Below are positions 1-13,369 of a stretch of DNA of 54,094 nucleotides, one piece after another (positions within the stretch are counted from its first letter, which is position 1; the number at the start of each line of letters is the position of its first letter). Below the pieces are notes generated by a model. The model worked only from the letters and a program-made list of their open reading frames with translations. It did not search any database and was not told the DNA's origin. Position numbers and translations under genes: made by a program. The stretch spans positions 508,598 through 562,691 of the forward strand of contig MU054166.1 of the NCBI GenBank assembly GCA_013239625.1, read 5' to 3'. The stretch comes from Lama guanicoe (Eukaryota).

Positions 1-1380
1 GAGTAGGGGTAATGTAACCACCAGGCACATGAAACCGATTAACATCACAAACCATCAGAAAAATTCAAGTCCAAAACACAATGAGATTTTATGTCACTCC
101 TGTAAGAATGACTATTATCAAAAAGATAACAAACATAACTGTTTGTTAGGATGTTAGAAAAACAACCCTGATGCACTGCTGGAGTGAATGTAAATATGTG
201 ATGCCACTGTGGAAAACAACATGGAGCTTTAAATAAAAATTAATAATGAAATATAATCCAAAATATACATATCGGGATACTTATTCCAAGAAAATAATTA
301 CACTAATTAGAAAAGATAAATTCAACCCTATATTCACTGCAGAATTATGCACAATAAACAGGATAAAGAAGCAAATTAATTGCTCATCAATAGATGATTT
401 AAAAGAAGATGTGTGTTTATAGTATTTATATCTACCTATATTAAGTACAGACTCATCTACATATATATACACAAACACACTTTATATATATATATATGCA
501 CTGTATATATATATATGCACACACACACATAAAAATACAATGGGTTATTACTCAGCTCTAAAAAGAATAATTTCTTGCCATTTGGAATAAATGGGTTGAC
601 CAAGAGGGTAATATGCTAAGTGAAATAAGTCAGAAATTGAATGACAATTGCTGATTGATTTTACTCATATTTGAAATTTAAAACAAATGAACATAACAAC
701 ACAGAAAAGGAATTATAGATATAGAAAGGAACAGGTTGTTCACAAGAAGGGGGGAAATGAGGTGAGGAAAAGAAAATTTGAGGAAATTGAGAAAAATCTC
801 CAGTTGGAAATTAGAGTCAGGGACAAGAAACGTACTGTGTGGGGAATATCCAATAACTATTAATATCTTTAAATAGCAACATATCATAACTAGATATATT
901 CTGGTGATGTTTGAAATATATTAAAAACAGCAAACATTATGTTGTGTCAGAGAAACTTACTCAGTGTTATAGATTAAAGTACACTTCAAAAAAAAACATA
1001 CACATAGAAAAAATTAGATTTGTAGTTAACATAGGCAGGGTTTGGGGAAGGAGGACTTGATTAATGCACTCAAAAGCTATAATCATCCAAGCGTAAAATA
1101 ATCGTGTTCTAGGGATGCCCCGTAGTAACATGAAAATTAAAATTAATACTGCTTTACTTTCTATATCAATATTGTGAAGAGAGTAGACCATAATTTTTCT
1201 CATCACAAACAAAAGACAAATTGAATTTCTTTACAATTTTATCTAAATGAAATAATGAATTCTCCCTAAAGTTGCTATGGTATTTATTTCATGATACTTG
1301 TAAATCAAATCACTATCCTGTGCACCTAAACTTACACAATGTTTTATGCCAATTATATCTCAATAAAAGTGGCAGAAATA
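1..1380 (+). mobile_element. Old LINE-1 3' end (ORF2 terminus plus 3'UTR)
   Basis: L1 motifs GCCACTGTGGAAAACA and GTGAAATAAGTCAGA, ending in TATATCTCAATAAA. Confidence 0.85.
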
Positions 1381-4300
1381 ATGGAAAGTCAAAGGTCACT
1401 TTTTCCCATGTAATTTCTCATGATTGTCTTTGCAGCAATAAACTTTAGTCATGATATACTTATCCTAGTTAAAGATACTAATAAATAAGTGATTCTAATA
1501 AATTATACATAAAGATACAAATAAAATTAGTGTTCCACCATGCCTTAAACTTTCTTCATGTTAACAGCCCACTGCTTCTGTAGGCAACAAAATTTCATTT
1601 TGTGTATTCATCTGAGGTTAGGGAATGGATCAAATTTAAAACTGACTGCTCTTGCTGTGAGTGATATAGTTCACTGTCTCAGAACGAAAATCTCATTTCC
1701 ACGAGAGCATCTGTAAGAAATGAACATGCTAGGATTCTAAAATACTCACAATGGTAAAATCTCATAACTCCTACAATTCTTAACTGTTTTGCAGTGGGAA
1801 TGCAATACTGTCAAAGACTTGATTTTGGGTAACTATGTGCTGTTTTCTCATAGTTGCAATATGGGATTTGAGGATAATACCTGAGATCCACAACAAATAT
1901 TACTGCTTAAGTGCTGGGCAAAGAAGTGTAAAGGTTCTGCATTTTTAGGACTGAGGACTGCTTTCAAAATGATGACTACGCTCACTGTAATCCAGGTAGT
2001 CCAAGGAAAGAAAGGTTATTGTAATTTGTAGCTTAAAGGGAATAAATCAGTGGTCAGTCTCTGTAAATTAGTCAAGGTGTGTTCAAAGACAAAATAAGTG
2101 TTGTCAACGATGAAAATTAAAAGAAAAACAATTAGACATAAGCTTATATTAAAAAGGAGACACAGTCCTGTTCTGGGCACAGGGGACTGGAGAATATATA
2201 TGCCTCTGTCCAATTCAAGGGTTCACTGGTTTGGCCCGAGTATTAGATTGGGATTAAATGAACAGGTAACAATTAGTATACTTGGAGAAATATAATCTAC
2301 GTCTCCCTGATCGGGAGAAAATCTGGTGGATCAATGAAACACTTAATTCACAGAGATTCTGCCAGATACAGAGGAATAATTCACTGCTAACTCAACTAAG
2401 ACAATCTTAGTTACAGCTTAACAATCCATCTTCACACACACACACAGTGGTACACATATTTGTAGTTTTTAGTGGGAAGAATTCAGTGGGCAGGGCTCAG
2501 AGAATAGTTTTCAAACACCAGCCAACTTTTGTACTTTTGCCAATAGTCTAGATTTTCCCAGGTAGAAAACTACAGATGGACAAACAATATTCTTCTTTAG
2601 GATTTCTAATTTTGAAATTAAAGTGTAGCTTTTGACTTACCAGTATAGAAACTTGTCATGATGATAACATTAAGACCCACTGTGTGATAATAGAGCTGGA
2701 AACTAGCTGCTGAACCAGCCCATCTGAACCCCAGACTGCTAATGTAAGCAACAAAATAGTCACCATCATAGTTCAGCTGACAAAATTAAAAGCTGGATGT
2801 TTCTGTGTTAGGAAAAACCACTGCTGTCCAGACACAGATCTCCTGCAGCAAGTGGGCTCTTTTCTTCTCTTGGTAAAGGTCATATTGGTGGGATGTTGCT
2901 AGAGCTTACCCTGGCCCATTTGCCTATTCTCCAGATTATCAAAGGCTTTTTCACAAATGGTGACACATTTTCAGGACTCAATGTTGCCATTCCAGTCTTA
3001 TCAGCTTACAATGACTGTATGATTGTGAGCAGAAGCCTTAGGCTCCCTGACTTTGCCTACAATTTTCCAGCATTTCAGGGTACTTCACATTCTGAAAATG
3101 CTTCACCTTTTATTTTAAATTAATGGGAAATAGTCAAAGTCTTCAATGAATTTTTTTTTATTTCCTAATATCTGTATAAATTTGGTATTCTAGCAGTTGG
3201 ACAAATTTTTAATTCTACCACCCTCACCTCTTTTTTGTCCACACATTTTAGATTGCAATTTGGTTACTGAATATGACCACCCCAACCAAGGGGCTAGTAC
3301 CACTTAGATACTACCTGTGTGAAGGCTAGAAATGGCACAATATATGTGGGGTGTATAATCCTGCATTAATGTTTGCAATGACAGTGTCCCTTCTGGACAA
3401 ATCTCTGATTCTAAGAAGTAAATTAATTAGGATCAGTATATTTATTGGTAAGGGGAAGAGAATCAGCTATTTTGGGATGGGTGGGTGATGAAGAGACAGG
3501 AAAAAAATCCAGCAAATGAGAATGGAATGCTTTAGGCCTCTGGAGGCATGAATTGAGAAGAAAATAATACTTTGTCTCCTGTACCTACCTCAAATTACTT
3601 TCTTGATTGAATAGTCCTTGGGCTATGAAAAGAGCTAGATTGTGGTGAAGTGTAAAGACCATAATGAAATAGTTTGAAAACCATGAGAGTTTTGTTTTTT
3701 CAGGAAAGTAGATTTTGCTTAAAGTCAACATGTATTTTTCATTCACTAAATACTAAAATGTATCCTGTGGCATGTGCTGTGCTTACTGTGTTGGTATCCA
3801 AGTTAGACAAGGAAAGGGGGATAGACAGAAAACATCTGGAGGAGGTAGATTCTGTGCTGAGAATGGGAGAATCTAAGTAGGCAAAAGGAGGACATCCTAT
3901 GTCCAAGGGTAAGTTGGAGCAAGAGTCGTGAATTTGGAGCTAAATCTGTTGACAAGCATTTACCTGGATGTATCTCCAGAAACAGATAATCATAAAGATA
4001 TGCCAAGGTAGTCAGATGCCAGACCTATAAAGAAATGACTAAACTATATTGAGTTTGTGGGCTTAGAGTTGGAAAGGCATTAAGTGCCACCCTGAGGATG
4101 TAAGATTGTCTTTGGCTGGAATATAAAAGCAACATAAAGCATTGACTATAAAATATAGTGTAGATTCTTCAGGTCAGGAAAAAAAGCACCAACTGGAATG
4201 CTTTGAGAACAGCACAAAAAAGACCGTAGATAAAATTAATTATTAATTTCTACCACATGCTGAATGTGCCATCTGAGACTACATCATGTGACCTTTATGA

Positions 4301-4701
4301 TTCCACAGATGACATAATAGAGACCATGATCCCTGGGACTTTTCCTGCAATTATCTTTTAATACTTTCCAGAATGAACCAGAAACCACTTAGTATTTTTC
4401 CTTCTCTCCATGTTTTAGTCTTTTCCCAAATTCTTACATTTCTCTTCTTCCTTTAAAGAAATTATTTAAATTTACACACATATTGTTCCATCAAATGACC
4501 ATATCAAATATCTCTTTTTTTCTTTAAATTTCAACTTAGTGTCCCATTTAAATCTTACTCTATTTTAAAAAATTATGAGAAAAATACAGGTACACATCTA
4601 TGTTTGTTGTTGAACTAAGAAAATTGCAAATAGTTGTGAACATTGGCCAACATTAATATTAATCTTTGTTATCCTGCATAATCTGGTATTCCTCTGGTAG
4701 A

Positions 4702-6370
4702 TCAGTTGTAATTAGGATAATGTTCATAAACTGAAGATGGCTGATGAGTTGGCCTTTAAAGAGAGGTAGCTAATGTATCAGCTATCACTGTCACAGGAAA
4801 CCGTGGGTTGATCCCTGGTAGAAGTTTAGAAAAACGACCTTCATTGGCAGATATGTTGTGATATCATTTTGGAAAAGTAGAGGGCTCCACCATCAGTCCA
4901 AAATAATTGCTCTGTATGGGAGACAAGATGCTGTTCTGAGAAGTGGAAGTTTTAGTTGTAATGAAGTTCACAACATGGCCATTTGCTTCAGTGTAGCTGC
5001 TTTGAGAATGCCCGTGGACAGTGGTCAACTGATTTAAAATAGCACGTTGATCCACTGCAATTTGTTCTGGTGCTCTAACTGACTTTGATGATGGAGGAGA
5101 AAAATCACCTCTGATCGGGGTAGTTTTATCACCAATTAAGTGGCTAGAAGAAGGCTTTCTTATTAGAGGCATGTTTGAATTTGCAGAAAGTAAAAATGCA
5201 CTTTCTCCAATAGTGTCAACCAAAAAATCAGAATTATGCACAGTTAACCCCTTCTTTAAAGTGCTTCTTTTTGAAATCTTCAGCCAATGAAGATAACAGA
5301 GAGGTATTTTTAATCCCAACTCTTGTTTTTATTCTCACTAAAACCTGGGTAAAGCTACGTTTAAGATTTGGATTATGGCAGAACTGTAGCAACAACCAAA
5401 GAGAAAGATTTTAGTTATATTTTAAACCAAAATACAAGACTAAAATAAGCCTAACCTATAAAACCTCAGATTTCATGTTTACTATGCAAAGATAATATCA
5501 TCAATATATGAACATTGCTGAGTAAATTTTGAAATCCCATATTTGGAATATACGCATTTAAGTAGTATAGTCATCAAATTTAAGGAGTTAGCATTTGCAG
5601 TAACGGTGAAAGCCACTTTTTAAAAGCAGCTTTAATACCTTTATTTAGAATTCTGGTAAGATTCATAGTTACTAGTAACGTTTCTCATAATCTTGAATAC
5701 TTAAGGTACAGTCCTCATTTTTAGAAAAAAAAGAATTTTAGCCTTTGTAGTTTCATACAATTATCAAAATCTAGCTTTACATATATATTGCCATAGATTG
5801 ATGTAGAAAACACAGTTTTATATATACGTTACCAAGTCATAACTGTAATTACTGAATTCCTCGCTTAAAACAGAGACTTCTTTTCTTCTGCCAGAACGTC
5901 AGCTAGACAAGCAGATGTTTGAAAATTCTGCCGCACTCTACTAAACCCATATATGTTAAGCTGTCTAAGTAAACTTTTCATACTTCCAGTTTCATATATT
6001 CTGAAAGGTGCCTTTCTTTCCAAAACTTGCTTCTTAAAGACAATTTCATCAATCACTATAGAAGTTCCATTATCATCCCACCAGATGGATTTAAATTGGT
6101 CACTCCCAGCCATTTTCCAGAGTTTTCTTGGAAATGTCAGAAAAGGAAAATCATTATCTTCATCTGGTTCAGAGACACAATGTGTGTAACATGATGTTTT
6201 TATCAAGGATTCTTCAGACAATTTCTGAAAAGCATTTTTGTCAATCATAGACCTCAAGACAAGTCCCTAGAGAATGTTTGATCACACAATAGAGATCTAC
6301 TGGAGTTTCCTGAACTAGTTGTTCCATCTTTACGAGACACATCTTGAATTTCTTAAGAAATATGTTCCAT
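4702..6370 (-). pseudogene. HSFY: HSFY pseudogene copy 1: exon 1 6370..5860, intron 5859..5390 (470 nt), exon 2 5389..4702
   Basis: Translation MEHIS*EIQDVS...FPRKLWKM...WDDNGTSIVI...LRQLNIYGFS...FCHNPN...NQLTTVHGHSQSSY...YEHYPNYN matches the HSFY family and its HSF DNA-binding domain. Lesions: TAA 6353-6355, 1-nt deletion ~6259, 1-nt deletion ~5882, donor GA at 5859-5858, acceptor TG at 5391-5390, net 5-nt deletion ~5240, TGA 4864-4866, TAA 4756-4758. Confidence 0.95.
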
Positions 6371-6502
6371 CACAAATAACTTTTTCTACAGCTAATTTTC
6401 TAATCTGCATGATTTAGAGCACTTCAGCTACAAATGCTGCTCTGGCAGGCCTACAAAGATAAACTGCTAGGCCATCACAATGGTTCTCAACTTCAGTAGA
6501 TA

Positions 6503-6534
6503 TGACTTCACAATACGACTGGTCTCCTAGCAAC
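6503..6534. promoter_or_regulatory. Putative HSFY proximal promoter: CRE-like TGACTTCA plus RFX X-box GTCTCCTAGCAAC
   Basis: The motifs lie ~135-165 nt upstream of the ATG and occupy the same positions in copy 2. Confidence 0.55.
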
Positions 6535-7264
6535 TCAAGTGTAACATTCATCCAGTGTTTATTTCTCATTCATCCAGTTAAAATGAAACATATAGGACAC
6601 TTATTTTTATAATGTGATCTGCAAATATTATCCTCACAAAATCTTTTTAATAATTTAATATTGGGGTCTATGAAATAAAACCAATCTCCATACTTTTGTA
6701 CACAAATTTATACCAGATTTGTGAACAGAGAATAAATAATGCACAAAATATATAAAATAATTTTAAAGTTATGGAATTTAAAGTGAAATTTGTGTATAAC
6801 CTCTACAGAAAAGGTATACATATTTCATTATAATATGTAATTAAGGTGAAACTTAATTTGATTTGGAAATGGAAGTAGTTATCTGTTCACAATAATTAGC
6901 TCTGTATTCAAAACATGAGCAGAATAATTATCAGTGTATTTGGTAGGTTTATTAATAAATGGTAAATATTTATGAAATAAAACTAGATTAAAATAATGAA
7001 TCAAATTTAAGAAATCCCAAAAGGGGGTAATTATTGTTTTAAATTGTAATTCAGTGCTATAAGTAAAACAAATGTAATTTAGTATTCTACTTTAAAATTA
7101 CAAAAGAGAAAATCTAATTGTGTACTTACAAAAGATTTCTTTTGCCATTCTTTCACTCAGAGGTTTTTCAGTCCCTAGAAGAAATAAATTTTCTTGTCAT
7201 CTTTACAATCCATACTCTTGGGACTTCTGTTAAGTGTTCCAAAATGATGTTGATAAATACACTT

Positions 7265-7337
7265 ATAAACCAGATCCTGGGTTCAATAAACATTGCCTCC
7301 ATTAAGGGGCAAACAACAATCAAAAACAAAGAAATAA
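7265..7337 (+). mobile_element. 5'-truncated tRNA-derived SINE fragment (resembles camelid Vic-1-type SINEs)
   Basis: GATCCTGGGTTCAAT (B-box-like), then CCTCCATT, then an A-rich tail. Confidence 0.55.
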
Positions 7338-7819
7338 CAGTATATTTGGGTTAGGGTGGAAAAGACAAGTTAATGCATTTTAGGAAGCAATATGATTCTC
7401 AGACATAAAACAGTGCATTTTTAGTATAATTCGGCATTTTAAGGCAAGTGTTTTTTACACTAATTGTTAATAATAGCTAGGTTCTGTATCACTAAACTGT
7501 AGCAAATCCAGCTCTACCAAAAGTTGAATTTTTATTCTGACATAAATTCCATTAAACATAAGCCAAATTCAAAATGAGAGAAAAAATTTTTAAATAAATA
7601 AATGTTCACTCAAGCTACAATATATATTTTTCCTTCAGTATGTGTATATTCCATTCTAAGTAAATATTAGCAAGCTGAATTCATTGCATATTATATGTAT
7701 TATTTAGTATAGTTAAGTTGGACTTAGTCCTGACTCATAAATTTTATTTAGCATATGCAAATCATAAAATTTGATACCATCCATTAAATAACAAAGAATT
7801 CAAAAGTAACAATCTCAAA

Positions 7820-8425
7820 ATATGTAGGAAAATTATTCACAGAACTGATCTTAACTTATAAAAAAATTCTTAACAAATTCGCTCTAGATAGAATATTACT
7901 AAACATAATAAAAGCCATATATGTAAATCCCATGACTATCTTCGAGTTCAATGTTAACATACAGGAAGGTTTTCCACTGGTCCAGTAATAAGAAAAAGTA
8001 CCTCCTTCTCACAAGTCCTAAATAAATATACTAGAAGTTCTAGCCAGAACAACTAGTCAAGAAAAAATATAAAAGGCATTCAACTTGTGAGCAAGCAGTA
8101 AAATTTTTACAGATGACATATTTATACATAGAAAACTCCATAGACTCCTCCAGTGACTGTTAGAAATAATGAACAAACTTAGTAAACTTGCAGAATACAA
8201 AATCAATATACAAATATCCTTTGCATTTTTATATAGTAACAACACATTATCAGAAAGAGGAATTAGGAAAAGAATTGTATGTAAATTTATATCAAAAAGA
8301 ATAAAATAGGAATAAATTTGATAAGTGAAATAAAAGTTCTAAACATAGATCTATAAATTACAGGTGCAAGGAATATAAGTAAACATAATAAATAAAAGAA
8401 ATTCGGATCTTACTGATTGTAGACA
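7820..8425 (+). mobile_element. Old LINE-1 ORF2 (RT) fragment
   Basis: CTAGAAGTTCTAGCCAGA, TTTACAGATGACAT and GAATACAAAATCAATATACAAA are typical L1 ORF2 sequences. Confidence 0.8.
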
Positions 8426-8429
8426 ATGT

Positions 8430-8978
8430 GAGGAAACACTCTAATCTATCTTTCACTTGTTCAATCTCCCCAGAACTTCTTATTGAGGAGAATCTCTTTT
8501 CTTCATTTCATACTTTTGCTTCCGTTTTCATAGGTTAATTGATGATAGGTGTGAGGGATTATATCTGCTTACTCTCTTCTCTTCTATTGATTGGTGTCAG
8601 TTTTTGAGCCAGTGTCATGTTGTTTAATTTACTAAAGTTTTGTAGGACTGTTTAACATCAGAGAATTTTACCCTATTATATTTAATACTCTATTTCAAGA
8701 TTATTTTGTCAACTCAAGATCTTTGTGGTTACATATAAATTTTGAATTTATTTCTTTTATATAATGGAAAAATCTCATTGGTATTTTGACATGAATCACA
8801 CTAAATTTAGATTCCTTTGGGTAGTATGGTTGTTTCAACCACATTGTTTCACATCATTAACATAAGGTATATTTTCATTTCTTTGGATCAATTTTACTTT
8901 CCTTCATCAATATTTTCTATTATTTAATGTATAGATTTTCTCCTTATTTGTTAACTTCACTTGAAGGTATTCTTTACA
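8430..8978 (-). mobile_element. Old LINE-1 ORF2 fragment, reverse orientation
   Basis: TTGGTATTTTGACATGAAT and CTTTGGGTAGTATGG are reverse-complement L1 ORF2 motifs. Confidence 0.75.
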
Positions 8979-9009
8979 TATATATAATTATATACCTTAT
9001 ACTTTTAAA

Positions 9010-12000
9010 CACGTTTCCCACACAAATACAAAAGGCAGAAGGCAGTGGCAAGACATATTCAAAGTCAAAAATGAAGGAAATCTGTTATGTAAGATAATAT
9101 ATCAAGCAAGGCTTTCCATTAGAATAGAAGGATAAATAATCTCCACACAAGCAAATACTAAAAGTATTTAGCAACAGGAAAAGAAATAATGAAACATCTC
9201 CTCAAAAAATAAAGAAGCAGTATGCTATAGAACGGTGAAAGGCATAATTGGAAAGGCAATAGCTAAAATGACTTACAACAGAATAAAAATGATGTTGTAA
9301 AACAGGACATCAAAATTTTTAAGTGTCAGAGCGTGAAACAGGAAAATACAGAATGTTTTCTTCTTGTTTCTGTTCTCTGTATGATGCGGTTGACTTTGTA
9401 TTCATTTCAGTTAATATAAACAAATATAGTAACGGGTCAATATACATATAAAAGAGGGTAACCATAAGTCAAAAGCTTACAATGAAGTCACAAAGCCAGG
9501 AAAAAACCAAGATAATAAAAGAAAACTTATAAAGCCACAAAAACATAATGAAATTAACAAAAAGGAAATAACAAATCAATTGGAAAATGAAGTTCAATAT
9601 TAAAATAAACACCAGTTTATCAATAATTGTTACAAATGTTAATGGAATTAGTGCTTAAATCAAAAGATATATACTGTCAGATGGAATAATATAACAAGAC
9701 CATACATTATGAAGCATGCAAGAGACCCAATTTAGAAAGAGGAACACACATCAATTCAACGTCAGAAGATGGGAAAATATATTCCATGCAAATGCACATG
9801 AGAAGAAAGCAGGACTAGCAGTACTGACTTCACACAAAACAGACTTTACAAGAAAGGCCATAGAGAAAGATAAACAAGGACATGATATAATGATTAAAGG
9901 AGCAACACAAAATAAACTTATTATACTCATTAATATATATGCACTCAATATAGGAGCACCTAAATACATAAAGCAAATACTAATAGATAACAAGGGAGAA
10001 AACGATGGGAGCACAAACACAGTAGGAGAATATAACTCCCCATTACCACCACTAGACTGGTCTTTCAGACAGAAAATTAATAAGGGAACAAAGATACAAA
10101 AAGATACGATAAAATAATTGGATTTGGTTGATATTTTCAAAACACTACGTCTCCCCAAAAGAGAATATACATTCTTTTCCAGTGCACATGGAACATTTTC
10201 TAGTAAAGTTTATGTACTGAGGCACAGAAGAAACCTCAACAAATTTAAAAAGATAAGAATTATTTCAAGCATCTTTTTGAGTATAATACCATGAAACTAG
10301 AAATGAATCACAGAAAAACTGGGAGAAAAATGACAGCATATAAATTAAAAAACATGGTACTATAGCAAGTGGGGGAGGTGATGAATTAAAAGAAGAAATT
10401 AAAAAATATCTTGAGAAATATGGCACAACACTACACAAAGTCTATGGAATACAGTTAAAGCAGGCTTAAGAGGGAAGTTCATAGTGAAAAGGTCCGCCTC
10501 AAAGTTGAAGAGCAATTTCAAATAACTAATCTAACTTTCTATGTAAACTAATCATAAAGAGAAGAGCAAACAAAATGAAAAGTCAGCACAAAGTGGGAAA
10601 ATAAAGATCAAGGGAGAAAGAATTGAAATAAAGTTCAAAAAATAGAAAAAATCAATCACAATGTTTTTTGAAATAGTCAACAAAATTGACAAAACTCAGG
10701 ACAGGCTCACCAACAAGAAAGAGAGAAGACAAATAACATAAGAAATGAAAATGGGGGAAACAACAAAGAGTACATCAAATTTGCAAAGGATCATAAGGGA
10801 ATACCATGAGCAACAGCATGGAAACAAACTGGATAACCTAGAAGAAATGGAGAAGTTTCTGGAAACATTCAGCCCATCATTACTGCATCAAGAAGAAATT
10901 AACCATTTGAACAGTCAGATCACCAGAAATGGAAGAGAATTATCAATAAAATAAAAAATCTCTGCAAACAAAAATTCAGACCCAAATAGCTTCACTGGGG
11001 ATTTTGACCAAACATTCAAAGAAATACACATACCAGTCCTCCTCAAAGTCTTCCAAAAGTTTCATATGGAGAGAGTGTTCCATAACTCACACCATAAGGC
11101 CAACATCAACCTGATAACAAAACCAGAGAAAGACACTATCTAAAAAGAAAACTATAGGCCAATATCATTGATAAATATAGATGTAAATGTACTTAGGAAA
11201 TTATTAACAGAATCCAACAGCATGTAAAAAAAGATCATACACCTTTCTTAAGTTAGGTTCACCCCAGGAACACAAGGATGGTGTAACATATGCAAATCAA
11301 TAAATCAATTGTGATACACCTTATCAACTAAAGAGAGGACACAAAACCATATTATAATCTAAGTAGATGCAGAAAAAACATTTGATAACATTTAACACCT
11401 ATCTGCAAAAAATATTCTTATCACAGTGGGTACAGAGGGACCATATCTCAACATAATAATAGCTATTTATGACAAATATATAGCCAGCAAAATACTCAAT
11501 GGTGAAAAACTGAAATCCTTCCCACAAAAACCTAGGACAAGACAAGGTTACCCATTCTCACAATTTCAATTCAATACAGTCTTGGAAGTCCTAGCCACAA
11601 TGATCAGGCCAGAAAATTTGATTTCCTTGCAAATTATGCAAAACATTTCTTTTTAGGACTGAAACAAATGATCCTAAGATTTACATAGAGTCATAAATAA
11701 TCCATAGTTTCCGAAGCAATATTAAGTAAAAGAAAGAGACTGGAGGAATAACCCATCAGGTCTCCATACACTATTGCAGAGCTACAATAATGAAAATGAC
11801 ATGATATTGGTACAGAAACACGCATATGGACCAATGGAAGAGAATAGATAGCCTAGGAATAAATCTACAGGCCTATGTTCAATTAATCTTTGACACAATA
11901 GCCAAGAATATGAAAGAGAAAAGACCAACTCTTCAACAACTGGTGGGAAACCTGGATAGCAGCATGCAGAGAAATGGAGTTAGAACAATCCTTCAATCCA

Positions 12001-13365
12001 TATACAAGAATAAACTCAAAATGGCTTGAAGACTTAAATATAAGCAAGAAACAGTAAATCTCCTAGAAGAAAACATAGGCAAAACACTCTGAGATAAATC
12101 TCAGCAATGATCTCCTAGAATAGACTACCCAGGGAAGGGATATAAGAGCAAAATTAATAAATGGGACCAAGTAAAACTTATAAGATTTTGCACAGCAAAT
12201 GGTATCATAAACAAAGCAAAATGACAACCTGCAGTATTAAAGAAAATATTTAGAAGTGATGCAACTGACAAAGGCTAAATTTCCAAAATATAAAGGCTTC
12301 ATACAACCTAATAATAATAAAAAAAAACAAGAAACCCAATCTGAAAATGTGCAGAAGCCCTAAAAAAGCAATACTCCAATAGAGACATTCAAATGCCACA
12401 CAGATATGAAAAATAATTGCTCACTATCATTATCAGAGAAGGGCAATTCAAAATTATAATGATGTATCAGTTCCCAGTAGTCACAATGGTCATCATTCAA
12501 AAGTCCACAATCAGTTAATGCTGGGGAAGCTGTGGAGAAATGGAAGCTTCCTACACTGCTGGTAGGAATGTAGTTTGGTGCAGTCATTTTGGAAACAAGG
12601 ATGAAGTTTCCTCTAATGGATAAAAATAAACTTAACATACGAACAAGCAATCCCACTTCTGGGTATATATCAAAGGGAACCCTATTTCAAGAAGACACCT
12701 GCACCCCAATGTCCTTAGCAGTGCTGTATACAACAGCCACAACATGGAAGCAACCTAATTGTCCAACAACAGATGAGAGTATACAGAAGTTTTGCAGTAT
12801 TTATACAATGGAATAATATTCTGCAGTAAAAATTGATAAAACAATGACATTTGCAGCAAAATTGATGTCCCCAAAAAGTGTCATTCTAATTGAAGTAAGC
12901 CAGAAAAAGAAAGAAATATAATACATGACATTATATATGAAGAAGCTTAAAAAAATATTTGGATAAGAACATGATTTCATCTACAAAACTGAAATTCACT
13001 CGCGATCTACTAAACAATTTTATGATTACTGCGGAAAGGGGCTGAGAGAGGATATATTTGGGAGCTGTAGATTTATAAATGTTATACAGTATATATAAAA
13101 CTAGATATTTTCAAAATTTCTTTTCTATGACACAGGGCAGTATGCTAAATATTGTGAAGTAATATTTTATAGGCACAGAACTATATGCATGTATGGGGAC
13201 ACTATGCTATACAACACAGATTGACACATTGCAAATGGCGTATTTCAATGATAAATAAATGAATAAATAAATAAATATATAATAAATAAATAAGTAAATA
13301 ATTGAATAAATAGATAAATAAATAAATAAATATTAACTAAATAAATATATTTAATAATAAATGAA
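9010..13365 (+). mobile_element. 5'-truncated LINE-1 (ORF1 end, spacer, decayed ORF2, 3'UTR, (TAAA)n tail)
   Basis: Endonuclease peptide MQETQFR...INIYALNIGAPKYIKQIL (9716..10117), RT and C-terminal fragments, and a TAAA-repeat tail at ~13250-13365. Confidence 0.95.
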
Positions 13366-13369
13366 ATAC

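Noticed and set aside
3674..3880. 68-aa ORF with a same-length paralog at 34267..34473
   Set aside because: It has TTG/GTG starts, many amino-acid changes and no recognisable motif. Survival of so short a frame in both units is plausible by chance.
4864..5319. 151-aa ORF as a standalone gene
   Set aside because: It is a frameshifted fragment of HSFY exon 2 whose N-terminal part is out of frame.
13250..13365. Short-repeat array resembling CRISPR or satellite
   Set aside because: It is a (TAAA)n L1 tail microsatellite with no spacers, in a eukaryotic context.
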